A DNA stretch of 18,571 nt from an uncultured archaeon (GCA_964590575.1 CAZPWM010000062.1:1-18571); one strand, 5' to 3'; counted from the first letter of the stretch, positions 9,506-17,369 are shown. Notes: generated from the letters alone by a model not told the origin. Program-made: numbers and translations.

Positions 9506-10006
9506 CTAACGTTGGGTGCCTTCCTCAACCATCCTGATTGTTGCAGAGATTCGAGTGATGAATTGGCTTTCATTTGGTATCATACCTACAAATGAAAGTC
9601 GGTTGTTGATAGACACTATTGGTGCAGAAGCCCCTATGAATGCTGAAAATCCCTGATTATCTAGTACAGCGGTATCACCACTGCCGCGAAGAGCTGCATT
9701 CAACATTTCCATAGCATCATCGATTTTTTCTTTGCTATCATAGCTTGCCCATCGTATACAAATACTGTCTCCAAACTTGATTTGAGCTTGCTCTAATAAC
9801 TGACTTATTTTTTCCATTGGATCATCAGAAATTAATTTGACAACAACAGTATCTGCTTCAGAAACATCCAAAGCGATTACTGGTGCTGATGAATCTCCAC
9901 ACGCATCCTCATCTTCTACAACAGGATCTGCTTCAATGATGCCAATCCCTGACATTGGTGGAAAGACAGTGATAGTGACCTTCTCTATACACTCATCATC
10001 CTTCAT
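9506..10006 (-). CDS. Hypothetical acidic protein, possible thioredoxin/ArsD-like fold
   Basis: 166-aa ORF convergent on the dehydratase. C-terminal 'APIVSINNRLSFVGMIPNESQF' resembles the cis-Pro beta-hairpin-G..P end of thioredoxin-like proteins. Confidence 0.65.
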   Translation of the reverse strand: MKDDECIEKVTITVFPPMSGIGIIEADPVVEDEDACGDSSAPVIALDVSEADTVVVKLISDDPMEKISQLLEQAQIKFGDSICIRWASYDSKEKIDDAMEMLNAALRGSGDTAVLDNQGFSAFIGASAPIVSINNRLSFVGMIPNESQFITRISATIRMVEEGTQR

Positions 10007-10274
10007 ATCTTGCTAGTTACATGATTTTGGCTATATTTGTATGGTTGTCGCAATTTCAGAATTGTGTGTAACCGCATCTCTTTGATAGTTATTACCATCT
10101 GTAATCACTGTGTCCTCCTGAAGGCGGTCCTCCTCGGTTTCGTAATATCAAACCTAGATTAGGCCAGAATCACGACGAATAATACAACCATCATCAGGTT
10201 CCTGTTTGTTGATCATTGTAAGTAACTATTTGTATGCCCCATCACGAGTGAGTGCTTTCCATTTCAGAATCTGC

Positions 10275-10562
10275 TCAATCATCCTCAGAGATTACATCCT
10301 TCCAAAACTCTGTTAGATCATTTCTCGTTTCTTCAAATGATTCCGGTTTCAACTTTGTAGCGATGAGCGACAGACTCCTGATGAAATCAAAGATTTCGTA
10401 CTCGTCTGGAGTAGCAAACCATTTTTCGTCTTCAAGTAATTCTTCCTCAATGTAGAGGGACTCTGATTGGTCGAGCTGTGCGAGAATCTTGACTACATCT
10501 CTTCTCAATAGTTTTAACATCTGTTCTAGAGTTAGAGATTCAGAATTTTCCTTCATTAACAT
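10275..10562 (-). CDS. Hypothetical small acidic helical protein
   Basis: 95-aa ORF with protein-like composition and no recognised motif. Confidence 0.5.
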   Translation of the reverse strand: MLMKENSESLTLEQMLKLLRRDVVKILAQLDQSESLYIEEELLEDEKWFATPDEYEIFDFIRSLSLIATKLKPESFEETRNDLTEFWKDVISEDD

Positions 10563-10818
10563 CGTATTCGTCTTCTTTATTCTGGAGTTTGTATTCCTTA
10601 TTTTATGCGTTCTTTTCTATCGCTGAAAGGAACTTTCAGACAATCACCTAAGAAACAAATCAGTCACTTACTACAACCAATGAAAGGAGGATAGATGTCC
10701 AAAATCAACGTTGGATATTAGAGAGAACGAATCTGATTGTATTGATGACGTACTCTTGCTTTCATAATCAATGGGTTATTTGTTCTAGGTGGCGTCTGTG
10801 TTCCATATAGGTGCAATC

Positions 10819-10870
10819 AACTTATAATTATAAAGTTATCTAAAAGATTAAACAATTATTATATAAATAT
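10819..10870 (+). promoter_or_regulatory. Putative archaeal promoter of the thiolase operon: palindrome TTATAATTATAA (10822-10833) and TATA-like TTATATAAA (10859-10867)
   Basis: Very AT-rich stretch about 150 nt upstream of ATG 11020. The palindrome is exact. Confidence 0.45.
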
Positions 10871-10919
10871 TTAATGCTACAAAGTACGCTATAATCCCGA
10901 TCGCACTAATTGCACCCAA

Positions 10920-11008
10920 GAATTCTCTTAGCCGAAGCTGTTAAGTACCCGACAAAATTGTGAGTCCTTAGTATCGCCGCCTTATAGTCGGCTTTCAAAA
11001 GAGGATTC
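10920..11008 (+). ncRNA. Candidate structured 5' leader (cis-regulatory RNA) of the thiolase operon
   Basis: 10920-10929 pairs with 10999-11008 (10 bp, one GU) and 10930-10935 pairs with 10988-10993 (6 bp). Further internal pairings are possible. No known family recognised. Confidence 0.35.
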
Positions 11009-11019
11009 AGTGATATATT

Positions 11020-12297
11020 ATGAGTCGAAAAGTGTGCATCGCAGGTGGTGCTGCTACACCCTTCGATTATCCCATGCATATAACACCGGAAGCAATGGCT
11101 GCCAATTGTATTGTGGAGACCCAGCAGGACATTCCTGACTTTACGCTCAGGGACCTGCAGTTTATGGTATATTCTCATTTCTCAGTACACTTTGGCAAAC
11201 AACTCTGTCCGGAATGGGTGGTACATGACCACCTTGGGTTAGTCGGATTGCCCCACGTGCGTATTGAGAACGGAGGAAACACCGGTGGTTCAGCACTCTA
11301 CGTTGCTTTCATGGCCATAAAGTCTGGACTATTTGATGTCGTTGGCGTATATGGTTGGGAGACCATGGACAATGTCACCCAGTCTCAGGGTAGTGAGTTC
11401 ATCGCACTCGCCTCAGACACAAGATACGAGGCGCTTGCGGGAGGGATCTATCCAATCTACTATGCGGCAATGGCGTACAAGTTCATGAAAGATAACGACC
11501 TGACTGAGGAGGACTTCGCTTATGCTGCTATGAAGAACAGAAATTATGCAGCAGACAATGAGAAGTCACAGTTCTATCGGAGCGACTATACTAATCCGAA
11601 GTCGCCATACTACAAGAAGACTCTCACCATAGATGATGTCATGGAGAGTCGTCTGATCAGCTATCCTCTGAAGCGGCTAGACTGCTGTCTGATGAGTCGC
11701 GGTGGGGCTTTCGCACTCGTCGCAAGCGAGGAATGGGCGAAGAAACATGCTCCAGACAATTATGTTGAGATTGCTGGTGCTGGTCTCAGTAGCTGTACAA
11801 TCCGTGCGGGTGACCGTATCGACTTTCCTGGATGGAACGAGTTGTATGGCAAGGGATACCCTGACATGACTGAGTTTGGAGCCTGCCGAAAATCTGGAGA
11901 GGATGCCTACGATATGGCTGGTATCGAGTACAAGAAAGCTGCAAAGGAGGTCGACGTTGCAGAGATTCATGATGCCTTCAGCAGCTCCGAAACCCAGATC
12001 TACAAAGCGCTCCATTGGTGTGACAGGGATAACATCAAGGAGTTCGTCCGCGAGAAGCAGACATTCATCGATGGCGAAGTGCCAACAAACATTGGCGGCG
12101 GTCTCATGGGCTACGGTCATCCAGTCGGTGCGACTGGAATCATGAGTGCTCTCGAGTGTATGATGCATCTCAATGATACTGCTCCCAAGAAGCACCTGAG
12201 TTCCAAGACCTATGTCAAGGACGCAAATACTGGTCTTGTCAACAGTCACGCGGGTACTGGAACCAGTATCTCGAACTTCATTCTGAGGAGGCCATAA
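11020..12297 (+). CDS. Thiolase-superfamily protein (SCP2/archaeal-type), lacking the canonical nucleophilic Cys
   Basis: AMKNRNYA, EIHDAFS, TNIGGGL and GHPVGATG motifs. ENGGNTGG occupies the position of ExACASG. Confidence 0.88.
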   Translation: MSRKVCIAGGAATPFDYPMHITPEAMAANCIVETQQDIPDFTLRDLQFMVYSHFSVHFGKQLCPEWVVHDHLGLVGLPHVRIENGGNTGGSALYVAFMAIKSGLFDVVGVYGWETMDNVTQSQGSEFIALASDTRYEALAGGIYPIYYAAMAYKFMKDNDLTEEDFAYAAMKNRNYAADNEKSQFYRSDYTNPKSPYYKKTLTIDDVMESRLISYPLKRLDCCLMSRGGAFALVASEEWAKKHAPDNYVEIAGAGLSSCTIRAGDRIDFPGWNELYGKGYPDMTEFGACRKSGEDAYDMAGIEYKKAAKEVDVAEIHDAFSSSETQIYKALHWCDRDNIKEFVREKQTFIDGEVPTNIGGGLMGYGHPVGATGIMSALECMMHLNDTAPKKHLSSKTYVKDANTGLVNSHAGTGTSISNFILRRP

Positions 12298-12299
12298 TC

Positions 12300-12965
12300 A
12301 TGACCAAGGACAAGAGAATGCACAAGATTCCTGAGCACAATGCAGTCAAATTCGATGAGTCATACCCTGACAAGTTCCGCGGAGATGTCAAGGAAACTGG
12401 TATTGGGTTTATGGGCTACGAGTGGGACACAACCGAGGAGCAGTTTAAGGTCTTTCTGCATTACGACCAATTGTATTATTGGAAATATGCAGAGGTCTCG
12501 AAGCTCGGGAAAGGCTTTGTCGATGGTGAGTTCTGGGGAACCAAGTGTCCAAAGTGTGGTGACAAATTCTTCCCACCGAGAGTTAATTGCTGGAACCTTG
12601 ATGATAACCTCGAAAAGACCGAATGGATTAAGCTCAAGGAGGAGGGTATTGTCCACACCTTCACGATTGCTGGGTGGAGTGGGAAGTCCTCATTGAAACG
12701 CCTCCCCTTCGTGCTTGCCTATGTCATCGTTGATGGTTGTAAGACCGCAATAGCTAACGAGCTTCGTGGCATAGATCCGTGGGATGCGGAATTTGGCATG
12801 CCAGTCAAGGTGGTCTGGAAACCTAAGAACGAGAGGCAAGGCACAGTCACCGACTGGTGGTTCGAGCCAGCAGACGGGTGGAAACCTCGCCCTATGAATC
12901 CTGAAAAGGAGCGGATGAAGGAGCTATGTGCTCCAGTCTATGAATGGGTCAAGACCATGAAGTAA
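12300..12965 (+). CDS. DUF35 family Zn-ribbon/OB-fold protein (thiolase partner)
   Basis: 'GTKCPKCGDKFFPPRVNC', 'EGIVHTFT', 'PFVLAYV' and 'GMPVKVVWKP..ERQG.VTD..F.P'. Starts 2 nt after the thiolase stop. Confidence 0.9.
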   Translation: MTKDKRMHKIPEHNAVKFDESYPDKFRGDVKETGIGFMGYEWDTTEEQFKVFLHYDQLYYWKYAEVSKLGKGFVDGEFWGTKCPKCGDKFFPPRVNCWNLDDNLEKTEWIKLKEEGIVHTFTIAGWSGKSSLKRLPFVLAYVIVDGCKTAIANELRGIDPWDAEFGMPVKVVWKPKNERQGTVTDWWFEPADGWKPRPMNPEKERMKELCAPVYEWVKTMK

Positions 12966-12967
12966 TC
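12894..12967 (+). repeat. Copy 1 of the diverged direct repeat (3' end of the DUF35 gene)
   Basis: 58/72 nt identical, ungapped, to 14689-14760. Both copies continue with TC after the TAA. Confidence 0.9.
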
Positions 12968-12978
12968 AGATAATTGAA

Positions 12979-13015
12979 AGAGCTGGTAGACACCAGCTCT
13001 CCTCTTTATTTTTTT
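12979..13015 (+). terminator. Hairpin + pyrimidine/T tract terminator between convergent genes
   Basis: AGAGCTGGT-agac-ACCAGCTCT is a perfect 9-bp stem, followed by CCTCTTTATTTTTTT. Confidence 0.7.
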
Positions 13016-14628
13016 CTCAATATCACTATGAATATGATGGCTACGGTAACGGCTCCAATCCCAGTTCCCATCAGAAGTGTCAGCATAGGGTCGACACCAC
13101 CGAGGTTCAAGCTCGTAGTAGGAGATGTCGTTGTAGGTGATGTTGTAGTAGCAGGAGCATCTAGAACTGTCAAGTAAAGAATCGTGGAACAGTGGTTGCC
13201 AAATGGGTCGTAGACTGTCAAGTTTAGGCTGTATGAACCTGGTTCAAGAAGTGTGCCGTTTATGATATGAGCTGTGCTACCACCGGGATAATGTGTAATA
13301 CTAATGATGAAATGAGTTGTATCATTTATAATCCAATAGTCTATGCCTGATAAGTCCCAAGCAGTTATTTGAAGGTCTAGTCCATTCTCAAGCGAAATTG
13401 TCCGGTCTGTAGGTTCAATGACCCAAGCTGGGGATGTGGTATCTCTGATTCTCACGGTGAAGATACCATCCAATACATTACCATAGGCATCGCTGAATTT
13501 GATTGTTATTCCATAATCTCCCACAGGTAATGGACATATGGATACTAGAGTTTCATCATTAAGTATCTCAAAGTAGAACGTGTCATTGAGCCATAAGGGG
13601 TATGCCATTAGGGAATAGGATCTCCAGAACAATGTGTAATTCAGTCTAGAGCCATATTCGACCAGTTGGTCAGTGGGAGTCTCTGTCCATTCAAACGCAA
13701 GCCCGTTTGGTAGAAGCATTAGAGGATGGTTGTCAGTGAGATTTAACCAGCGATTGTAGGGTGTGTCACCAATCTCATCAAGGTCAGCGTCTGTGCCAGT
13801 ATAGTCAGACCAGTAATTGTTGTTGAAGATATTAGTGCTATTGGAGTTGTAGCCATTTTCAACATTGCTCCAAAAGACGTTCCATCGGAAGTCATTGTAA
13901 TTGCTATCATCATCAAAAATATTGAGTCCTTGGTCATTCATTGAAACGGTGTTATTTGCAATGACATTGTAATCACTCTCAAAGAGACCTATGCCCAACT
14001 GACCGTTGGTGAATGTGTTATTGACCACTGTGTTATAATTTGAACTAAGCAGAAGCTGAATCCCTCTGCTATTGAATGAAACGTTATTGCCCGCAATGAT
14101 GTTGTCAGACGAAGAGAGCATCTGGATACTATAATAGCAGTCTGTAACAGTGTTGTTCTTTATCAAGATAAAACTGGAATGATTGACGTAGATTGCTTGT
14201 TGTGAATACGAGAGTGTGTTTCCTATAAGTACACCATTGGTAACATTCTTCAAGTTGACCCCAGCGCTTGCTGAGGTATTCGCACCTTTGAGAATGCAGT
14301 TACTGATAGTGAAGTTGACCCGTGTGTTGATAATGTTGATACAGTGACCGGCAGCACCATCAACATCGATGTCAAGACCATCGATGATATACGGATTTCC
14401 TGATGAGCCATCACCAAGCCAACCTTCATTTGCTGCTGTAACAGAGAAATTGGCGTCCCCATCAATAACTATTGGGGTATGGGGTGTACCCGCGATTTTA
14501 ATCTGCTTCTCTTTCAGGTCAATTGCAAATGGACTTTGATCATCACAACTGATACACACACTACCAATTAGCAGAATGAACATCAAAGAAATAACAAACC
14601 ACTGAATACCCTTCCATCTTCTCTTCAA
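13006..14628 (-). CDS. Cell-surface NosD/CASH parallel beta-helix protein with Ig-like repeats, Thr-rich linker and C-terminal TM anchor
   Basis: Signal peptide. 'HTPIVIDGD...GDGSSGNPYII', Asn-rich beta-helix repeats, 'NNYWSDYTGTD...IGDTPY', 'DTTSPAW', TTSPTTTSPTT, then TM + RKK. TTG start with AAGGAG SD. Confidence 0.85.
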   Translation of the reverse strand: MKRRWKGIQWFVISLMFILLIGSVCISCDDQSPFAIDLKEKQIKIAGTPHTPIVIDGDANFSVTAANEGWLGDGSSGNPYIIDGLDIDVDGAAGHCINIINTRVNFTISNCILKGANTSASAGVNLKNVTNGVLIGNTLSYSQQAIYVNHSSFILIKNNTVTDCYYSIQMLSSSDNIIAGNNVSFNSRGIQLLLSSNYNTVVNNTFTNGQLGIGLFESDYNVIANNTVSMNDQGLNIFDDDSNYNDFRWNVFWSNVENGYNSNSTNIFNNNYWSDYTGTDADLDEIGDTPYNRWLNLTDNHPLMLLPNGLAFEWTETPTDQLVEYGSRLNYTLFWRSYSLMAYPLWLNDTFYFEILNDETLVSICPLPVGDYGITIKFSDAYGNVLDGIFTVRIRDTTSPAWVIEPTDRTISLENGLDLQITAWDLSGIDYWIINDTTHFIISITHYPGGSTAHIINGTLLEPGSYSLNLTVYDPFGNHCSTILYLTVLDAPATTTSPTTTSPTTSLNLGGVDPMLTLLMGTGIGAVTVAIIFIVILRKK

Positions 14629-14688
14629 AATCTCTCCTTCCCGCGTTTCTACTTATAGGATGGATTGGTATTAAGCACTGTGGGTACA

Positions 14689-14762
14689 ATGAACCCCGAG
14701 AACGAGTGCATGAAGGAGCTCTGCGCATCTGTCTATGACTGGGTCAAGACTATGAAATAATC
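14689..14762 (+). repeat. Copy 2: orphan remnant of a DUF35-gene 3' end (MNPENECMKELCASVYDWVKTMK*)
   Basis: 19/23 aa identical to the C-terminus of the 12300-12965 product. 12 of the 14 nt mismatches are at third codon positions. Confidence 0.9.
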
Positions 14763-14772
14763 TTGAACACTG

Positions 14773-14816
14773 ATGAGCTTGAGTCCTCGACTCCTAGCTC
14801 ATTCTTCTTCTTTTTC
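14773..14816 (+). terminator. Hairpin + T-rich terminator following the orphan 3'-end copy
   Basis: ATGAGCT/AGCTCAT outer stem and GAGTC/GACTC inner stem, followed by TCTTCTTCTTTTTC. Confidence 0.6.
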
Positions 14817-14911
14817 TATAAACTGCCACTCAGTATCTTTCCATGCCAGAGGAATTCATGCAACTCTTGGGATAAAATCTGAAAAGCACTGATTCGGATT
14901 TCGTTTTGACA

Positions 14912-15697
14912 CTACTTCTTTGCAAAGAAATACATCACGGATGCTGCAGATGACCCTGTAACTTTGACTCTCTCTTTGATTGATTCTCCCTTTTTCCTTA
15001 ATTCATCATACGACGGATGATCAATTATTCGAGCCAAATCAGCATCAATCTCCTTTGTCACAAAGTCGACAGTCTCTTTTCTCAGTGGGTCTTCACAATC
15101 GGGTGCCTCTTTACAGAATAGGCATTTAACAGACCATGAGGACTCATAGATCTCTACAGCACTCAGACCAACCTTGTTGACTAAGCCCTTCAATCTCTGA
15201 CGAGCTAAGGCCTCGAAATGAGGGATGCCTAAGATGGTATCGATCTTTACATTCAGATTATGCACATCCCTATCCACTCGCTGAGCTTCAGTCTGTTCTC
15301 CATCAGAATACAATTCTTGGATGATGAAATTGCCTCCGGGTTTCAACACGCGATGCATCTCAGCTAGTACAGTGTCAATATTCTCTAGGTGATGGATTGA
15401 GTATGAGATACACACTGTATCAAAATGACTGTCTGGAAATGACATCGTTTCAGCATTCATTTCCATCAATTCCACTGGAGCGTCTTTGAATTGCTCTCTT
15501 GCTTTCTTCAAGTCATCTGCTGAGATGTCTATTCCTACGAATGAATTGTATCCCCTCAGAGTTTTCATCAACGTATTAATAAAGTCACCCTCTTGTGTGC
15601 CTACATCGAGGATATCTCCGCCAGAGATAGTTCCGAGTTTTTCTCTGATTTCGATTGCACCAGATTCTCTAAGTCCATCAGGTAAGTCCGCTATCAA
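14912..15697 (-). CDS. Class I SAM-dependent methyltransferase (Methyltransf_11/31-like)
   Basis: ILDVGTQEG (motif I), VGIDIS, MSFPDSHFDTV, SIHHL and EMHRVLKPGGNFII. Confidence 0.88.
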   Translation of the reverse strand: MIADLPDGLRESGAIEIREKLGTISGGDILDVGTQEGDFINTLMKTLRGYNSFVGIDISADDLKKAREQFKDAPVELMEMNAETMSFPDSHFDTVCISYSIHHLENIDTVLAEMHRVLKPGGNFIIQELYSDGEQTEAQRVDRDVHNLNVKIDTILGIPHFEALARQRLKGLVNKVGLSAVEIYESSWSVKCLFCKEAPDCEDPLRKETVDFVTKEIDADLARIIDHPSYDELRKKGESIKERVKVTGSSAASVMYFFAKK

Positions 15698-15757
15698 CTC
15701 AGGTTGCCTCTAGAGATTTTGGACTCTTCTTAGACATCAATCCTTCGAACAACGTAA

Positions 15758-16021
15758 ATCGAAGAATCAGTCCCATCGACGGAGATACTATTGCAATTCT
15801 TGAAAGAGACTCGAGTGGAACTAAGGTCCCGATTTTCAACTGATGTGAAAAACTAAATTGACGAGTTGGCAACATCATGGTTCCCGGAGGAAACGATGCC
15901 TAAGGGAACAATGCTGCTGTATGTCATGCGACACATCATGCAGCATGTGGGCCAACTTAACATTCTATAGAGGAAAGCAGGACTGAAAACCAGCCAATGG
16001 GAAACACTGATCCAAGTTTGA
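15758..16021 (+). pseudogene. DinB/YfiT-family C-terminal remnant with two in-frame stops
   Basis: One frame reads ...PSTEILLQFLKET...KN*IDE...MLLYVMRHIMQHVGQLNIL*RKAGLKTSQW. The RHxxxHxGQL motif is typical of DinB. Stops are TAA 15854 and TAG 15968, and no 5' half is visible. Confidence 0.7.
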
Positions 16022-16112
16022 TTACGAGCAATTAAGATACCAAAGCGAGATGTGAAAACATACTCAAAATGAACATCTTATTGTGTCCTAATCGAAAATC
16101 ATTCTCGCTTAT

Positions 16113-16496
16113 CTATTGTATCTGTTTCTTATAATAGAACTCTAATGAAAAAGCTGCCAACTCTGCAAGATAATTGACAAATTCATTATCTGTATCAAAT
16201 AGTTCCATTACAGACAAATGGTGATATATAATTGCATTAACAAGATTATACATGAAGACAAATACATCAGTCAATCTTTTTTCAGATATTTGTTTGAAAT
16301 TATCATTAATCTCCCTTAAATTCTGCACTCTCTCCTTGAAAAAAAAGATAACCTTCTCATTATGTGCATCGTGTAATTTCCTATCTGATTGTATGGCAGA
16401 TCTAAAGGCTAAATTGTATCCTCTGTTTCTTTGATGATTCTGAAATAAATCTAAAACAAAATGACTGAGAAATTCTCCTACATTTTCATTACTCAT
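16113..16496 (-). CDS. Hypothetical helical protein, probably the C-terminal (ligand-binding) fragment of a TetR/AcrR-like regulator
   Basis: 127-aa all-helical pattern ending 'LFDTDNEFVNYLAEL'. No HTH. Markedly AT-rich, and only 12 bp from the divergent gene. Confidence 0.45.
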   Translation of the reverse strand: MSNENVGEFLSHFVLDLFQNHQRNRGYNLAFRSAIQSDRKLHDAHNEKVIFFFKERVQNLREINDNFKQISEKRLTDVFVFMYNLVNAIIYHHLSVMELFDTDNEFVNYLAELAAFSLEFYYKKQIQ

Positions 16497-16508
16497 TTTG
16501 CTTAGATC

Positions 16509-17156
16509 ATGAAAAAGGGGATACCTCTTATTGAAGTTGAAAAAACACTTCGAAAATTTGTCAACAAACGTGCTAATGACGAAAAAGATCGGAAAGCCAT
16601 TTCATTCAAACGTGTGAAGAGGAGTTTCGAATTAGTAGAAGAATTCCTTGTAGGGGAGAAGATATTAGATCTTGGTGCTGGAGATGGGCTATTGGCATTA
16701 GAAATTAAAAAACAACTAGGGAAAGAGGTCGTACTGGTTGATATTGTAGATTACAATTATTCGGACCTGCCATTGGTCTTGTACAATCCAGAGGAAAAAA
16801 TCCCATTAGCAGATGAGGAAGTAGATACTACAATCTTGTACACAGTGTTGCATCATGCGAGCGATCCCAAGCATCTTTTGACCGAAGCAACGAGAGTAAC
16901 CAAAAAACGCTTGATAATTATTGAAGGTTATGCTGAGGATGATGCTATACTGATGACTAATAGCTTTTTCGATTGGTTTTACAATCGAGTAGTCGGAAAC
17001 GAAGATATCAATGTGCCTCTTAATTTTCTCAAGGTGAAGGGATGGGGAAAAATTCTACAATCACATGAATTTCATATCGTTGAAACTGCGTATCTTGGAA
17101 TCAATGAGCCTCTTGTTCCAGAACATCAAATACTAATCATCGCCGACCATACATAA
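16509..17156 (+). CDS. Class I SAM-dependent methyltransferase (Methyltransf_11-like)
   Basis: ILDLGAGDG, VDIVD, IPLADEEVD, YTVLHH and EATRVTKKRLIIIE. Confidence 0.85.
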   Translation: MKKGIPLIEVEKTLRKFVNKRANDEKDRKAISFKRVKRSFELVEEFLVGEKILDLGAGDGLLALEIKKQLGKEVVLVDIVDYNYSDLPLVLYNPEEKIPLADEEVDTTILYTVLHHASDPKHLLTEATRVTKKRLIIIEGYAEDDAILMTNSFFDWFYNRVVGNEDINVPLNFLKVKGWGKILQSHEFHIVETAYLGINEPLVPEHQILIIADHT

Positions 17157-17230
17157 GGCAAACGAGATGATAGACCGAAGAACACATCCAGAGAGTGAGG
17201 CGAATGCCTATCTAGAAAGAGCGGTGGGTT

Positions 17231-17369
17231 TTATCTCATCGACAATCTGTTTTCATCCAAAGTATAGGCATTCACATCCAAAACTAGCTCGATCTCATTA
17301 TCATAGTGACCGCCAGTGGGTGTAAAGCCCAATTTGCTCTAAAAACCTGCGGGTATTACTTCTCTCCAC
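17231..17369 (-). pseudogene. Possible GNAT acetyltransferase C-terminal remnant
   Basis: With one frameshift the minus strand reads VERSNT/AGF*SKLGFTPTGGHYDNEIELVL, matching GNAT motif B (N..A..FY.KLGF..TG). Confidence 0.4.

Noticed and set aside
10906-11178. 90-aa minus ORF over the thiolase start
   Set aside because: Antisense to the thiolase and its leader; no motif.
11677-12249. 190-aa antisense ORF inside the thiolase gene (also 11876-12145, 12340-12696, 12360-12656, 12476-12664)
   Set aside because: Shadow ORFs of well-supported genes with biased codon usage; no motifs.
13114-13150. Short tandem repeat (GTAGTAGGAGATGTC / GTTGTAGGTGATGTT) as a CRISPR or VNTR
   Set aside because: It encodes the TTSPT linker of the surface protein; there is no repeat-spacer structure.
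15968-15970. In-frame TAG in the DinB remnant as pyrrolysine or recoding
   Set aside because: The same frame also has a TAA and lacks its 5' half, so a pseudogene is the simpler explanation.
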